From: an uncultured Solibacteraceae bacterium
Lineage (GTDB): Bacteria; Acidobacteriota; Terriglobia; Bryobacterales; Bryobacteraceae
Assembly (NCBI GenBank): GCA_964654065.1
Contig: CAZZHN010000005.1
Coordinates: 3,909-67,908 of the forward strand
Length of the DNA: 64,000 nt
Direction of reading: 5' to 3'
Part shown: piece after piece, positions 37,144-44,982 of the stretch
Layout: each line of letters begins with the position of its first letter
How positions within the stretch are numbered: position 1 is the stretch's first letter
Made by a program: the position numbers and the translations under genes
The notes under the pieces: generated by a model
Databases searched by the model: none
The model's input: the letters and a program-made list of their open reading frames with translations, nothing else
What the model was told of the DNA's origin: nothing

Positions 37144-37167
37144 GGGCCGGGCATGCCCGGCCCCTAC
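37144..37167 (-). repeat. REP-like element (family 1): GTAG + perfect 20-nt GC palindrome
   Basis: Minus strand reads GTAG-GGGCCGGGCATGCCCGGCCC. It lies 12 nt after the carrier-protein stop. An identical 24-nt core recurs at 54258-54281. Confidence 0.6.
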
Positions 37168-37290
37168 GAACGGATCGCGGCGTGCCGAACTTGCCTTGAG
37201 CGGGTCTGGCCATTCTGCTATCCTCAATACGTTGAATTCATGACTAGTTCTTTCCCGGCCGTGTGAGGCCGGGTCACTCCGAGGTTTACC

Positions 37291-38037
37291 ATGTCAGGCC
37301 ATTCCAAGTGGGCCACCATCAAGCATAAGAAGGCGGCTACGGACGCGAAGCGCGGAAAAGCGTTCACGCGCATCATCAAGGAAATCACCATCGCCGCACG
37401 CAGCGGAGGCGACCCGGACGGCAATCCCCGGTTACGCAGCGCTGTGCTGGCGGCCAAAGCCGCGAGTATGCCCTCGGACAACATCAAGAAGGCGATCATG
37501 CGCGGCACCGGCGAGCTGGAGGGCGGGCAGATCGAAGAAGTGATGTTCGAAGGCTACGGGCCGGGCGGCGCTGCGGTGCTGGTGAACGTGGCCACGGACA
37601 ACCGCAACCGGACGGTGAGTGAGCTGCGCCATGTCTTTTCCAAGAACGGCGGCAACATGGGAGAGCAGGGCTGCGTCGCCTGGATGTTCGACCGCAAGAG
37701 CCAGATCTACGTGGATGGCGAAAAGGCGGGGGAAGACCAGCTGATGAACGTCGCGCTGGAAGCGGGCGGCGACGACCTGCGCCAGGACGGCGAGAGCTGG
37801 GAAATCCTGTCGGCTCCAGAGGCCCACGAAGCGGTGCAGAAAGCGCTGGCGGCCGCCGGCATTCCGGTGCTGGAGGCCTCGATCGCCATGGTTCCCAAGA
37901 ACTTGGTGAAGCTGGAAGGCAAGAACGCTTCCGGCATGCTGCGGCTCAACGATGCGCTGGAAGAGCACGACGACGTGCAAAACGTGTACTCCAACTTCGA
38001 TATCGACGAGAAGGAGATGGAGGCCCTCGAGCGCTGA
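37291..38037 (+). CDS. yebC: YebC/PmpR-family DNA-binding transcriptional regulator
   Basis: [37 protein letters not shown]... is diagnostic. Confidence 0.9.
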   Translation: MSGHSKWATIKHKKAATDAKRGKAFTRIIKEITIAARSGGDPDGNPRLRSAVLAAKAASMPSDNIKKAIMRGTGELEGGQIEEVMFEGYGPGGAAVLVNVATDNRNRTVSELRHVFSKNGGNMGEQGCVAWMFDRKSQIYVDGEKAGEDQLMNVALEAGGDDLRQDGESWEILSAPEAHEAVQKALAAAGIPVLEASIAMVPKNLVKLEGKNASGMLRLNDALEEHDDVQNVYSNFDIDEKEMEALER

Positions 38038-38038
38038 C

Positions 38039-38533
38039 GTGCGGGTGCTCGGCATCGATTGCGGGTCGGCGCGCACCGGTTACGGCATCATTGACAGCGA
38101 CGGATGCCGCCACCGCATGGTGGCTGCCGGCGTGATCCGCACCAGCACAGGCTGGCCGTTTGAAAAGCGGCTGCTCAAAATTGCCGGCGACCTGCGCGCG
38201 CTGCTGCGGGAGCACGCACCGGAAGCGGCGGCGGTGGAGGGAATTTTCTACTCGGCCAACGTGCAGACGGCGTTGAAGCTGGCACAAGTGCGCGGCATCG
38301 CGCTGCTGGTGGTGGCGGAGGCGGGCGTGGCGCTGGCCGAGTATTCGCCTCTCGAAGTGAAGACCAGCGTGGTCGGTTACGGGCGGGCGGAAAAATCGCA
38401 GGTGCAATTGATGGTGCAATCGCTGCTGCACCTGGCGGCCACGATTGAGTCCGAGGACGCAGCTGATGCCCTCGCCGTGGCGATCTGCCACGCCACCCGC
38501 GAAGCAACGCAGGCGAGGATTGAGCGGGCATGA
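38039..38533 (+). CDS. ruvC: Crossover junction endodeoxyribonuclease RuvC
   Basis: GTG start. [22 protein letters not shown] and [13 protein letters not shown] motifs. The ORF-track 5' extension overlaps yebC. Confidence 0.9.
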   Translation: MRVLGIDCGSARTGYGIIDSDGCRHRMVAAGVIRTSTGWPFEKRLLKIAGDLRALLREHAPEAAAVEGIFYSANVQTALKLAQVRGIALLVVAEAGVALAEYSPLEVKTSVVGYGRAEKSQVQLMVQSLLHLAATIESEDAADALAVAICHATREATQARIERA

Positions 38534-39153
38534 ACGTCGCGGTCCGGCTCTCCCTTTTGCTCTGCACGGCGATGGTTTTGGCTGCCGGCGACGGGCACCT
38601 GTTCTTTTCCCGCACGTTCCCGGGCAGCGCTCCGCCATACATCGAAGTGCGTGTCGAAGCCACTGGCGACGCGGAATACCGGGAGGCGACCGACGAGGAA
38701 TTGCCGGTAAAATTCAAGCTCTCAGACGAGGAGATTGCAACCGTTTTCGGCCTGGTGGAGAAGCTGGATTATTTCCGGCATCCGCTCGAATCGCCCGCCA
38801 AAGTGGCGTTTATGGGAACCAAACTGTTGCGCTACGAGGGCGACAAGGCCAAGGGCGAAGTAAAGTTCAACTACTCCGAGGATGTTACGGCGCAAACGCT
38901 GCTGGAATGGTTCGAACGGATGGCGGAATCGGCGGAACTGCACATCGATCTGGAGCGCGCCGCCAAGTACGATCATCTCGGCGTCATGAAAGCACTGGTC
39001 GCGCTGGATGCGGCGCTGGATGGCCACCAGGTGGTGGCGGCGGGGCAGTTCCTGCCGCTGCTGGAACGCATCGCCAACAACGAGACCTACATGCACACCG
39101 CGCGGACGCTGGCGGCAGACCTGGCCGGAGCTATTCGCAACCCGAAGAAGTGA
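38530..39153 (+). CDS. Secreted hypothetical protein translationally coupled to ruvC
   Basis: ATGA overlap with ruvC. Signal peptide [20 protein letters not shown]. 207 aa, no recognised family. It occupies the position where ruvA commonly follows ruvC. Confidence 0.6.
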   Translation: MNVAVRLSLLLCTAMVLAAGDGHLFFSRTFPGSAPPYIEVRVEATGDAEYREATDEELPVKFKLSDEEIATVFGLVEKLDYFRHPLESPAKVAFMGTKLLRYEGDKAKGEVKFNYSEDVTAQTLLEWFERMAESAELHIDLERAAKYDHLGVMKALVALDAALDGHQVVAAGQFLPLLERIANNETYMHTARTLAADLAGAIRNPKK

Positions 39154-39361
39154 GGGCGGGGATCTGGCGCCGACGGGCGGCGGAGGAAGTGGTACTGTAG
39201 GAATGAATCGCGCGGAAGAGGCTCACGCCTTTTGTGTTGGGTTACGGTCCGTCGGTCCCCTGGTTTAGGGGAAAGCGGCTGGGGGTATACCAGCACGGCC
39301 GGGCATCCGAAATGGAGACCCAGGCTATGCCGTTGGTATTTCCGATTCAGGAGGACTTTTC

Positions 39362-39976
39362 GTGAAGCGATTCGTAAACGTAACCCTGTTGCTGACCCTT
39401 GCTGTGCCGGCATTCGCCAAAATGCAATCCGATGTCTTTATCGTCCCTTGCAGCGTGCTGTGGCCCGCAGTGAATGATACCGTCAAGAACTCAGGGAAGT
39501 ACGGGATCATAGGTGTCGACAACACCGCGCTGACCACTTCGTTCACCACCGGCGGCGGTCCCGGGATGCGCACCATCTGGGTGGTCCTGAAAGCCCAGGG
39601 AAACAGTTGCGAAATGCAGACGCAGGTCAGCGCCGGGCCTCCGCACGGCGACGCGGGCGCTTTCAAGAATCGAGTAACAGCGTCTCTGGCCAAGCTCCAG
39701 GCGGCGCCAGCCACTGCGTCGACCCAACCGGAACCAGTCGTCAGTCCGGCGGCACAAGAGGGCTCGGAAAAACCGCGTGCCGGAGCCCCGTTAACCAACG
39801 CAGACGTGCTCAAGCTCACAAACGCCGGGCTTAGCGAGCAGATCATCATCGAGAAGATCAATGTCTCGCCGGCCCAGTTCCATCTCGAAACGGATGATCT
39901 CCTGCAGCTCAAGCAAGCTGGTGTCAGCGACGCGATCATCCGCGCAATGATCCATGCCTCGCAACGCCAACAGTGA
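39362..39976 (+). CDS. Secreted hypothetical protein with duplicated C-terminal approx 25-aa motif
   Basis: GTG start after AGGAGG. Signal peptide. C-terminal repeat LTNADVLKLTNAGLSEQIIIEKI / LETDDLLQLKQAGVSDAIIRAMI. Confidence 0.6.
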   Translation: MKRFVNVTLLLTLAVPAFAKMQSDVFIVPCSVLWPAVNDTVKNSGKYGIIGVDNTALTTSFTTGGGPGMRTIWVVLKAQGNSCEMQTQVSAGPPHGDAGAFKNRVTASLAKLQAAPATASTQPEPVVSPAAQEGSEKPRAGAPLTNADVLKLTNAGLSEQIIIEKINVSPAQFHLETDDLLQLKQAGVSDAIIRAMIHASQRQQ

Positions 39977-40154
39977 GGGATCGGCAAAACGCGTTCAGGA
40001 ATCTGTCGCGCTACCGCGCCGGGGCGCGGTCGATGTGCAGCACGGGGCGCAAGAGAACGGTGCCCAGATCGCACGTCTGACTGAGAAGTAGCTCAGGTCG
40101 AACCGCACCCGCTCCCTGGATACAATGGACAGAACCGTGATCCAGAGGATCCAC

Positions 40155-41516
40155 ATGACTCCTGATGCGAAAGGTACCAAGCTCACTCGACGAGGCCTTT
40201 TCCTCGCCGGTACGGCGGCGCTTTTGTCGCCCCGCAACCAGGCGGCCGGGCCGTCCGCCAGCCTCATCACTCTTTCTCCCGGCCCAAAAGACCTCGAGAT
40301 GCCGGTCGAAGCCTTCATCGACGAAATCACAGCCGTCGAACATTTTTTCGTCCGGTGCCACACAATGGTTCCGCAAGTCGAACTCCCCGGGTGGAAACTT
40401 GAAATCGCGGGGCTCGTCGATCACCCGCTCACCCTCACCGTCGCCGATTTGAAGAAGCTGCCCCGTGCCGAGCTCGTCAGCGCGCTGGAATGTGCCGGAA
40501 ATGGGCGCGCCTTTTACCAGCCTCGCGTCGCGGGGGCCCAATGGCGCTTCGGCAGCGTCGGCAATGCTCGCTGGACCGGCGTACGACTCAAGGATGTCCT
40601 GGAGAAAGCCGGCGTGAAACCCGCCGCCACGCAACTCCTGGACGGCGCCGATGTGCCCCTCGGCAAAATGCCGAAGTTTCAGCGGACTCTGGCGGTCGGC
40701 AAAGCGATGCATCCCGACACCCTGCTCGCCTGGGAGATGAACGGCAAGCCCCTCACCGCCGATCACGGCTTCCCCCTCCGCGTTATCGCGCCCGGCTGGG
40801 CCGGCGACTCCTGGGTCAAGTGACTCACCCGAATCGAACTCCTCGATCACAATCTCGATGGCTTCTGGATGAAGACTGCCTACCGGCATCCCGCCGGGCA
40901 CGTCGCGCCAGGCACCGCCGTCGACCCGAAGGACATGGTTCCCGTCACCGATCTCAACCCAAAGTCGGTGATCGCAAGTCCCGCCGGGTGGGCTGCGGCG
41001 GGAGTCATCACCGTGCAGGGCGTAGCATGGTCCAACACTTCTCCGGTCGCCAAAGTGGAAGTCTCGGTGGACGCCGGCAAGACATGGTCCGCCGCGAGCT
41101 TCACGGGCCGGCCCACCCGGTACGGCTTCCGCAAGTTCGCGTATAAGTGGAAAGCCGCTGAAGGGCAGTACACGCTGATGGCGCGCGCCACCAATGAATC
41201 CGGCCAATCCCAGCCGCTCGAGCCGGAATGGAATCCCAACGGCTACCTCTACAACGCCGCGCAACCGAAGGCCGTTACGATATCCAGGACGCAACCTGTT
41301 CCCACCGCGGCGGCCGAGGCCGAAGCTCAACCCGAACCCGACGGCTACAAATCAAGCTGCCTGACCTGCCACGATGATCATATGATGCGCCAGCAGCGCC
41401 TCACACGTGAGCAGTGGAATCGCGAAGTCACGAAAATGGTCGGATGGGGCGCCCCGGTCACCCCTGAGCAGCGCAATGGCCTGCTCGACTACCTGTCGGA
41501 GCGCTACAAGCCCTGA
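40155..41516 (+). pseudogene. Sulfite-oxidase-family molybdopterin oxidoreductase + Moco dimerisation domain + C-terminal c-type cytochrome domain, interrupted by one in-frame TGA (40821-40823)
   Basis: Tat signal TRRGLFLAG. Mo-ligand motif ECAGNGR. GFPLRVIAPGWAGDSWVK-TGA-LTRIELLDHNLDGFWMKTAYRHP is continuous in one frame across the two ORF-track pieces (40125-40823 and 40869-41516). CLTCH heme motif near the C-terminus. Confidence 0.7.
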
Positions 41517-41616
41517 TGGCGGCTTGCGTTAGGTCCCGAAGGTTCGGAAAGGTATCTATCTATTGGGGTAAGAGGAGTAAACCCGGGGGATAGCCTGGCG
41601 CTGAGCAGAGCGGGCT

Positions 41617-41670
41617 ATCCTTTGCACTTGGGCAGCGAAATGGAAACACGTAGCCTGTCAGTGGTTTTTC
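41617..41670 (+). repeat. Islet repeat copy 1 (direct)
   Basis: ATCCTTTGCACTTGGGCAGCGAAATGGAAACACGTAGCCTGTCAGTGGTTTTTC. Confidence 0.8.
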
Positions 41671-41762
41671 TGGCGAAGGGGTCGGAGACGTGGTATTTGT
41701 ACGGTGGGAAGTGGCTGAAATTGACCGGGGCAGACTGACAGTTACCCACGGAAAAGAAGATT

Positions 41763-42365
41763 ATGACGCCCGAAGATCGTTTCAATGAACACTACAAAGA
41801 AGGCTCGGCACCTTGGGATATTGGCAAGCCGGATTTCAACCTGATTCAAATCGTGACCACCACACCAATTGCTCCTTGCAATGCTCTGGAAATCGGATGT
41901 GGAACCGGAGATAACGCAATCTGGCTCTCACAATGGACTTTCGATGTGGTCGGAGTTGATAGTTCCGAGATTGCGATAGAGAAGGCCAGGGAAAAAGCTG
42001 CCTATGCTAATGTCACTTGTAAGTATGCCGTGCTGAACTTCCTCAAGAGCTACGTTGAGGGAGCGCCATTTGCCTTCGCCTTTGATCGGGGCTGCTTCCA
42101 TACGCTGGATTCCGCCAGTAAACGGCAGACTTTCGCCAAGCAGGTCAACCGTCATTTGGGCGAGAACGGCTTGTGGCTCAGTCTAGTTGGAAACGCCGAT
42201 GAACGTCTGAGCGAAGGCCCTCCAAAGCGGACTGCCAGAGACATTGTTGGCGCTGTCGAACCGTACTTCGAGATTCTGTCTCTGGTTTCAAGCCAATTCG
42301 AGACTCATCTTCCAGCCCCACCGAGAGCTTGGGTTTGCTTGATGCGGAAGCGGCGGCCTGAATGA
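41763..42365 (+). CDS. Class I SAM-dependent methyltransferase (TPMT-like), low-GC, probable horizontally acquired cargo
   Basis: APWDIGKPDF...ALEIGCGTGDNAIWLS...VVGVDSSEIAIEKA. The codon usage is much less GC3-rich than in neighbouring genes. Confidence 0.8.
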   Translation: MTPEDRFNEHYKEGSAPWDIGKPDFNLIQIVTTTPIAPCNALEIGCGTGDNAIWLSQWTFDVVGVDSSEIAIEKAREKAAYANVTCKYAVLNFLKSYVEGAPFAFAFDRGCFHTLDSASKRQTFAKQVNRHLGENGLWLSLVGNADERLSEGPPKRTARDIVGAVEPYFEILSLVSSQFETHLPAPPRAWVCLMRKRRPE

Positions 42366-42395
42366 TTGGATGTTGGCGGTAAGTTCGGGGTATGA

Positions 42396-42533
42396 TCGGC
42401 AATAGATCGCAACGGTCTCGAAGAGCTAAGAATGTCCGACCAAGACGACATCAACGGTGCTCTTGAGACCTTCAGACTGGACTGTGGCCGTTACCCAACA
42501 GAAGAGGAAAAAACCCGTGAAAAAAACCCGTGA
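42396..42533 (+). pseudogene. Possible remnant of a GspG-like pseudopilin gene truncated at the repeat
   Basis: The short frame reads ...DINGALETFRLDCGRYPTEEE..., resembling the pseudopilin core (AL..F..D.GRYPT). There is no prepilin N-terminus. The frame ends inside a perfect 13-nt tandem duplication AAAAAACCCGTGA x2 (42508-42533). Confidence 0.3.
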
Positions 42534-42549
42534 CAGGCTACGTGTTCCC
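42522..42549 (-). repeat. Islet repeat copy 2 (inverted)
   Basis: Minus strand reads GGGAACACGTAGCCTGTCACGGGTTTTT. It lies 42 nt upstream of the transposase start. Confidence 0.75.
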
Positions 42550-42590
42550 ACTTTTCTGAGGCGAACAGTCGCCGCCGACCACGACTTCTC

Positions 42591-43331
42591 GTGTCAAGAC
42601 TCGCGCGGGTCGTCGCGGTCGGGCTGCCTCATCACGTCACGCAGCGCGGTAATTACCGGCAGGACGTGTTTGATAGCTGTGGCGACCGCGTCACGTATTT
42701 AGGGCTGATTTCCGGGTACTGCAAACCGGCACGTCACCGGCTGATTGGCTATTGCCTGATGACCAATCACGTGCACCTGATCGCGGTGCCGGAGCGCGAG
42801 GATTCCCTGGCGCGCGCTTTGGGGCACGCACATTGCCGTTACGCGCACTTCGTGAATGCCCGCCGGCACTCGACCGGGCACCTCTGGCAGAATCGTTTCT
42901 ATTCCACGGTGATGGATGAGGCGCACCTGCTGTTTGCCATGCGCTATATCGAGAGGAATCCGGTGCGGGCCGGCATGGTGGCGGACGCAGCGGACTACCG
43001 CTGGTCCAGCGCGCGCGCCCATCTGACCGGAGTGGATGTAACTGGAAGCCTCGATCTGGCGTACTGGGCCGCACGCGCCGGTCCGGAGGAATGGCGCTGG
43101 CAGTTAGGAGTGGCGGAGGAGCCCGACGAACGGGCACCAATCCGCGCACACACGGCGACTGGGAGGCCATTCGGCTCAGCCGACTTCGTAGCCGCGCTGG
43201 GCCGGAAGATGCGCCGCGTGCTGGAACCGCGCGCGATTGGACGACCGAGGAAGAACCCGCACGACGGCGTTACTGGCGCCGTGCAGACCGCGGCATCCTT
43301 TGCGGTTGGGTCGGAAAATGGAAACACGTAG
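42591..43331 (+). CDS. REP-associated tyrosine transposase (RAYT) / IS200-like Y1 transposase
   Basis: PHHVTQRGNYRQDVF, HuH motif CLMTNHVHLI, GHLWQNRFYS, catalytic Tyr context MRYIERNPVRAGMV, DYRWSS. The stop codon and last 5 codons lie inside repeat copy 3. Confidence 0.85.
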   Translation: MSRLARVVAVGLPHHVTQRGNYRQDVFDSCGDRVTYLGLISGYCKPARHRLIGYCLMTNHVHLIAVPEREDSLARALGHAHCRYAHFVNARRHSTGHLWQNRFYSTVMDEAHLLFAMRYIERNPVRAGMVADAADYRWSSARAHLTGVDVTGSLDLAYWAARAGPEEWRWQLGVAEEPDERAPIRAHTATGRPFGSADFVAALGRKMRRVLEPRAIGRPRKNPHDGVTGAVQTAASFAVGSENGNT

Positions 43332-43348
43332 CCTGTCACTGGTTTTTC
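43295..43348 (+). repeat. Islet repeat copy 3 (direct), overlapping the 3' end of the transposase gene
   Basis: ATCCTTTGCGGTTGGGTCGGAAAATGGAAACACGTAGCCTGTCACTGGTTTTTC. Confidence 0.8.
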
Positions 43349-43594
43349 GTGTAATACGACCTGAACCTCTTCAAAACCACATATGCATTCATTAAGCGCC
43401 ACGTGCCCTCGCCAGTGGAGTAGGAACCAGTGGGCGCGGCGGCTGGAAACCAATCCAGCTCATGCGGCGAGTTCCTCGGCAGACGTGAATTGGCCCAGAC
43501 CGTGGCCTCAAAGCGGAGCTTGGAGCGATTGACGCTCGCCGTGCGATGTGCTGGAATCGTGCCAGCCCTCAATACGGGCAAGGTGCGTTCCAAC

Positions 43595-44815
43595 ATGACC
43601 AGTCGCCGTTCTTTCTTAGTCAGTACCGGCCTGACGGCCGCTTTAGCGCGCTCCGCCGCGGGTGCGAACGAGCGGATCCGCGTGGGCGCCATCGGTACTG
43701 GCGTTCGGGGGTCCTACTTAGCTCCGGTGTTCGCCTCGAACCCGGACTGCGAGGTCGTTGCGGTTTGCGACGTCTTCAAACCCCATCGCGACCAAACAAC
43801 GGCCGCGCTGCCAGCGCCGGCCGATTCCGTTGTCGACTACCGCCGTATCCTGGAGCGCAAAGATGTTGACGCCGTTCTCATCGCGACGCCGGACCACTGG
43901 CACGCCCCGATGATTATCGAGAGCACCCAGGCCGGCAAGGACGTCTACTGCGAGAAGCCCCTCTCCAATAACATTGACGCCGCTACGCGAGCCGTCGAGG
44001 CTGTCAGGACATCGGGGCGTGTCGTTCAAATCGGCCTGCAACAGCGCAGTTGGGAGCATTTCCAGAAGTGCCAACCATGGGTCCAAGGAGGCCGATTCGG
44101 TACCATCTATCACGCCCAAATGCAGTGGCAAGGCCACTATAGCCAAGCTCCTGAAACGCCCACCGACCCTCCAGCTGACCTCGACTGGGAGCTCTTTCAG
44201 GGTCCGGCCGCCCGCAAGCCCTACTCGGCCGGCCGTCAGCATAGCTGGCGCGGTTATTACGATTACGGCGGCGGCATCATCACCGACCAGGGCGTTCATC
44301 TCTGCGACCTGGTCCGCTGGTACCTCGATGCCGGCCAGCCGCTCTCGGTTGCCGCTTCGGCCCGATGGGTCCGCGTAGCGCCGCCCAACCCGGAGCAACC
44401 ACCCGACACGTTCGCCATCACGTGGCGGTACGACAAGTTCGTCATGAGCTTCGCCAACACGCTGATGCCGAGCACGGACATCTTCGCCGACCATGGCGTT
44501 TTCTTCTTCGGCACGGTCGGCTCGCTCCATATCAGCCGCGCGTCGTACACCGCCCGTCCGCTGCCCGTGCGTGTACCGCACGGGCAGACCGCTCCGCCGC
44601 CGCCGTTCGATCCGGTCAACGAGCACATCCCCTACAATGGCCAACCCGCGGACCACGCACACGTCCGCAACTTCCTGGACTGCGTGAAATCCCGTCAGAA
44701 GCCGCTCACCGGCGTCGAAACCGGTTTCAACTCCACGCTTCCTTTGTTGCTCGGCGTGCTCGCCGTCCGGACCGGCAAGCAGTACGCATGGAATGGCAGC
44801 GAAGCGACGGCCTGA
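43595..44815 (+). CDS. Gfo/Idh/MocA-family oxidoreductase, Tat-exported
   Basis: Start ATG 43595 gives MTSRRSFLVSTGLTAALARSAAG. Rossmann motif RVGAIGTGVRG and the EKP motif (YCEKPL). Confidence 0.85.
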   Translation: MTSRRSFLVSTGLTAALARSAAGANERIRVGAIGTGVRGSYLAPVFASNPDCEVVAVCDVFKPHRDQTTAALPAPADSVVDYRRILERKDVDAVLIATPDHWHAPMIIESTQAGKDVYCEKPLSNNIDAATRAVEAVRTSGRVVQIGLQQRSWEHFQKCQPWVQGGRFGTIYHAQMQWQGHYSQAPETPTDPPADLDWELFQGPAARKPYSAGRQHSWRGYYDYGGGIITDQGVHLCDLVRWYLDAGQPLSVAASARWVRVAPPNPEQPPDTFAITWRYDKFVMSFANTLMPSTDIFADHGVFFFGTVGSLHISRASYTARPLPVRVPHGQTAPPPPFDPVNEHIPYNGQPADHAHVRNFLDCVKSRQKPLTGVETGFNSTLPLLLGVLAVRTGKQYAWNGSEATA

Positions 44816-44830
44816 GCAGTAACGAGGGAA

Positions 44831-44869
44831 GCAAAGGGGACAAGCAAAGGGGACAAGCAAAGGGGACGG
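44831..44869. repeat. 13-nt tandem repeat x3 (GCAAAGGGGACAA)
   Basis: Two perfect units (44831-44843 and 44844-44856) plus a third differing in its last 2 nt. Located in the intergenic region between convergent genes. Confidence 0.8.
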
Positions 44870-44982
44870 CCTGAACTGCGTGAGCGTATTCGGATGCGTC
44901 CGCGCTTTTGCGTCGTGCCGCCGCCCGCGGTTCACATCAAACTAGCTGGGGAACTGCTTGCGCTCGATTGCCCGGGCGGTAC

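Larger units (their letters stand above)
41617..43348 (+). mobile_element. Low-GC islet bounded by 54-nt direct repeats: methyltransferase cargo + inverted repeat copy + RAYT/IS200-like Y1 transposase
   Basis: Repeats at 41617-41670 and 43295-43348 match at 47/54 positions (core 32/33). An inverted 28-nt copy lies at 42522-42549 (26/28). The interior is visibly more AT-rich than the flanks. Confidence 0.6.

Noticed and set aside
38530-39153. Calling the gene after ruvC as ruvA.
   Set aside because: The protein has a signal peptide and none of the RuvA HhH or domain III motifs. Only the position matches.
40821-40823. Selenocysteine interpretation of the in-frame TGA in the Mo enzyme.
   Set aside because: The aligned residue in the family is a conserved Trp (V-K-W-L), not Cys/Sec. 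I see no SECIS-like hairpin immediately downstream (CTCACCCGAATCGAACTCCTCGATCAC...).
41591-41620. Inverted repeat GGATAGCC...GGCTATCC as a terminal inverted repeat of the islet.
   Set aside because: The arms are only 8 bp with a 17-nt loop, and there is no matching partner at the other islet end. The 54-nt direct repeats explain the boundaries better.
44831-44869. CRISPR array.
   Set aside because: The only tandem repeats are 13-nt units with no spacers. There are no cas genes and no 25-40-nt repeat/spacer periodicity anywhere in the window.
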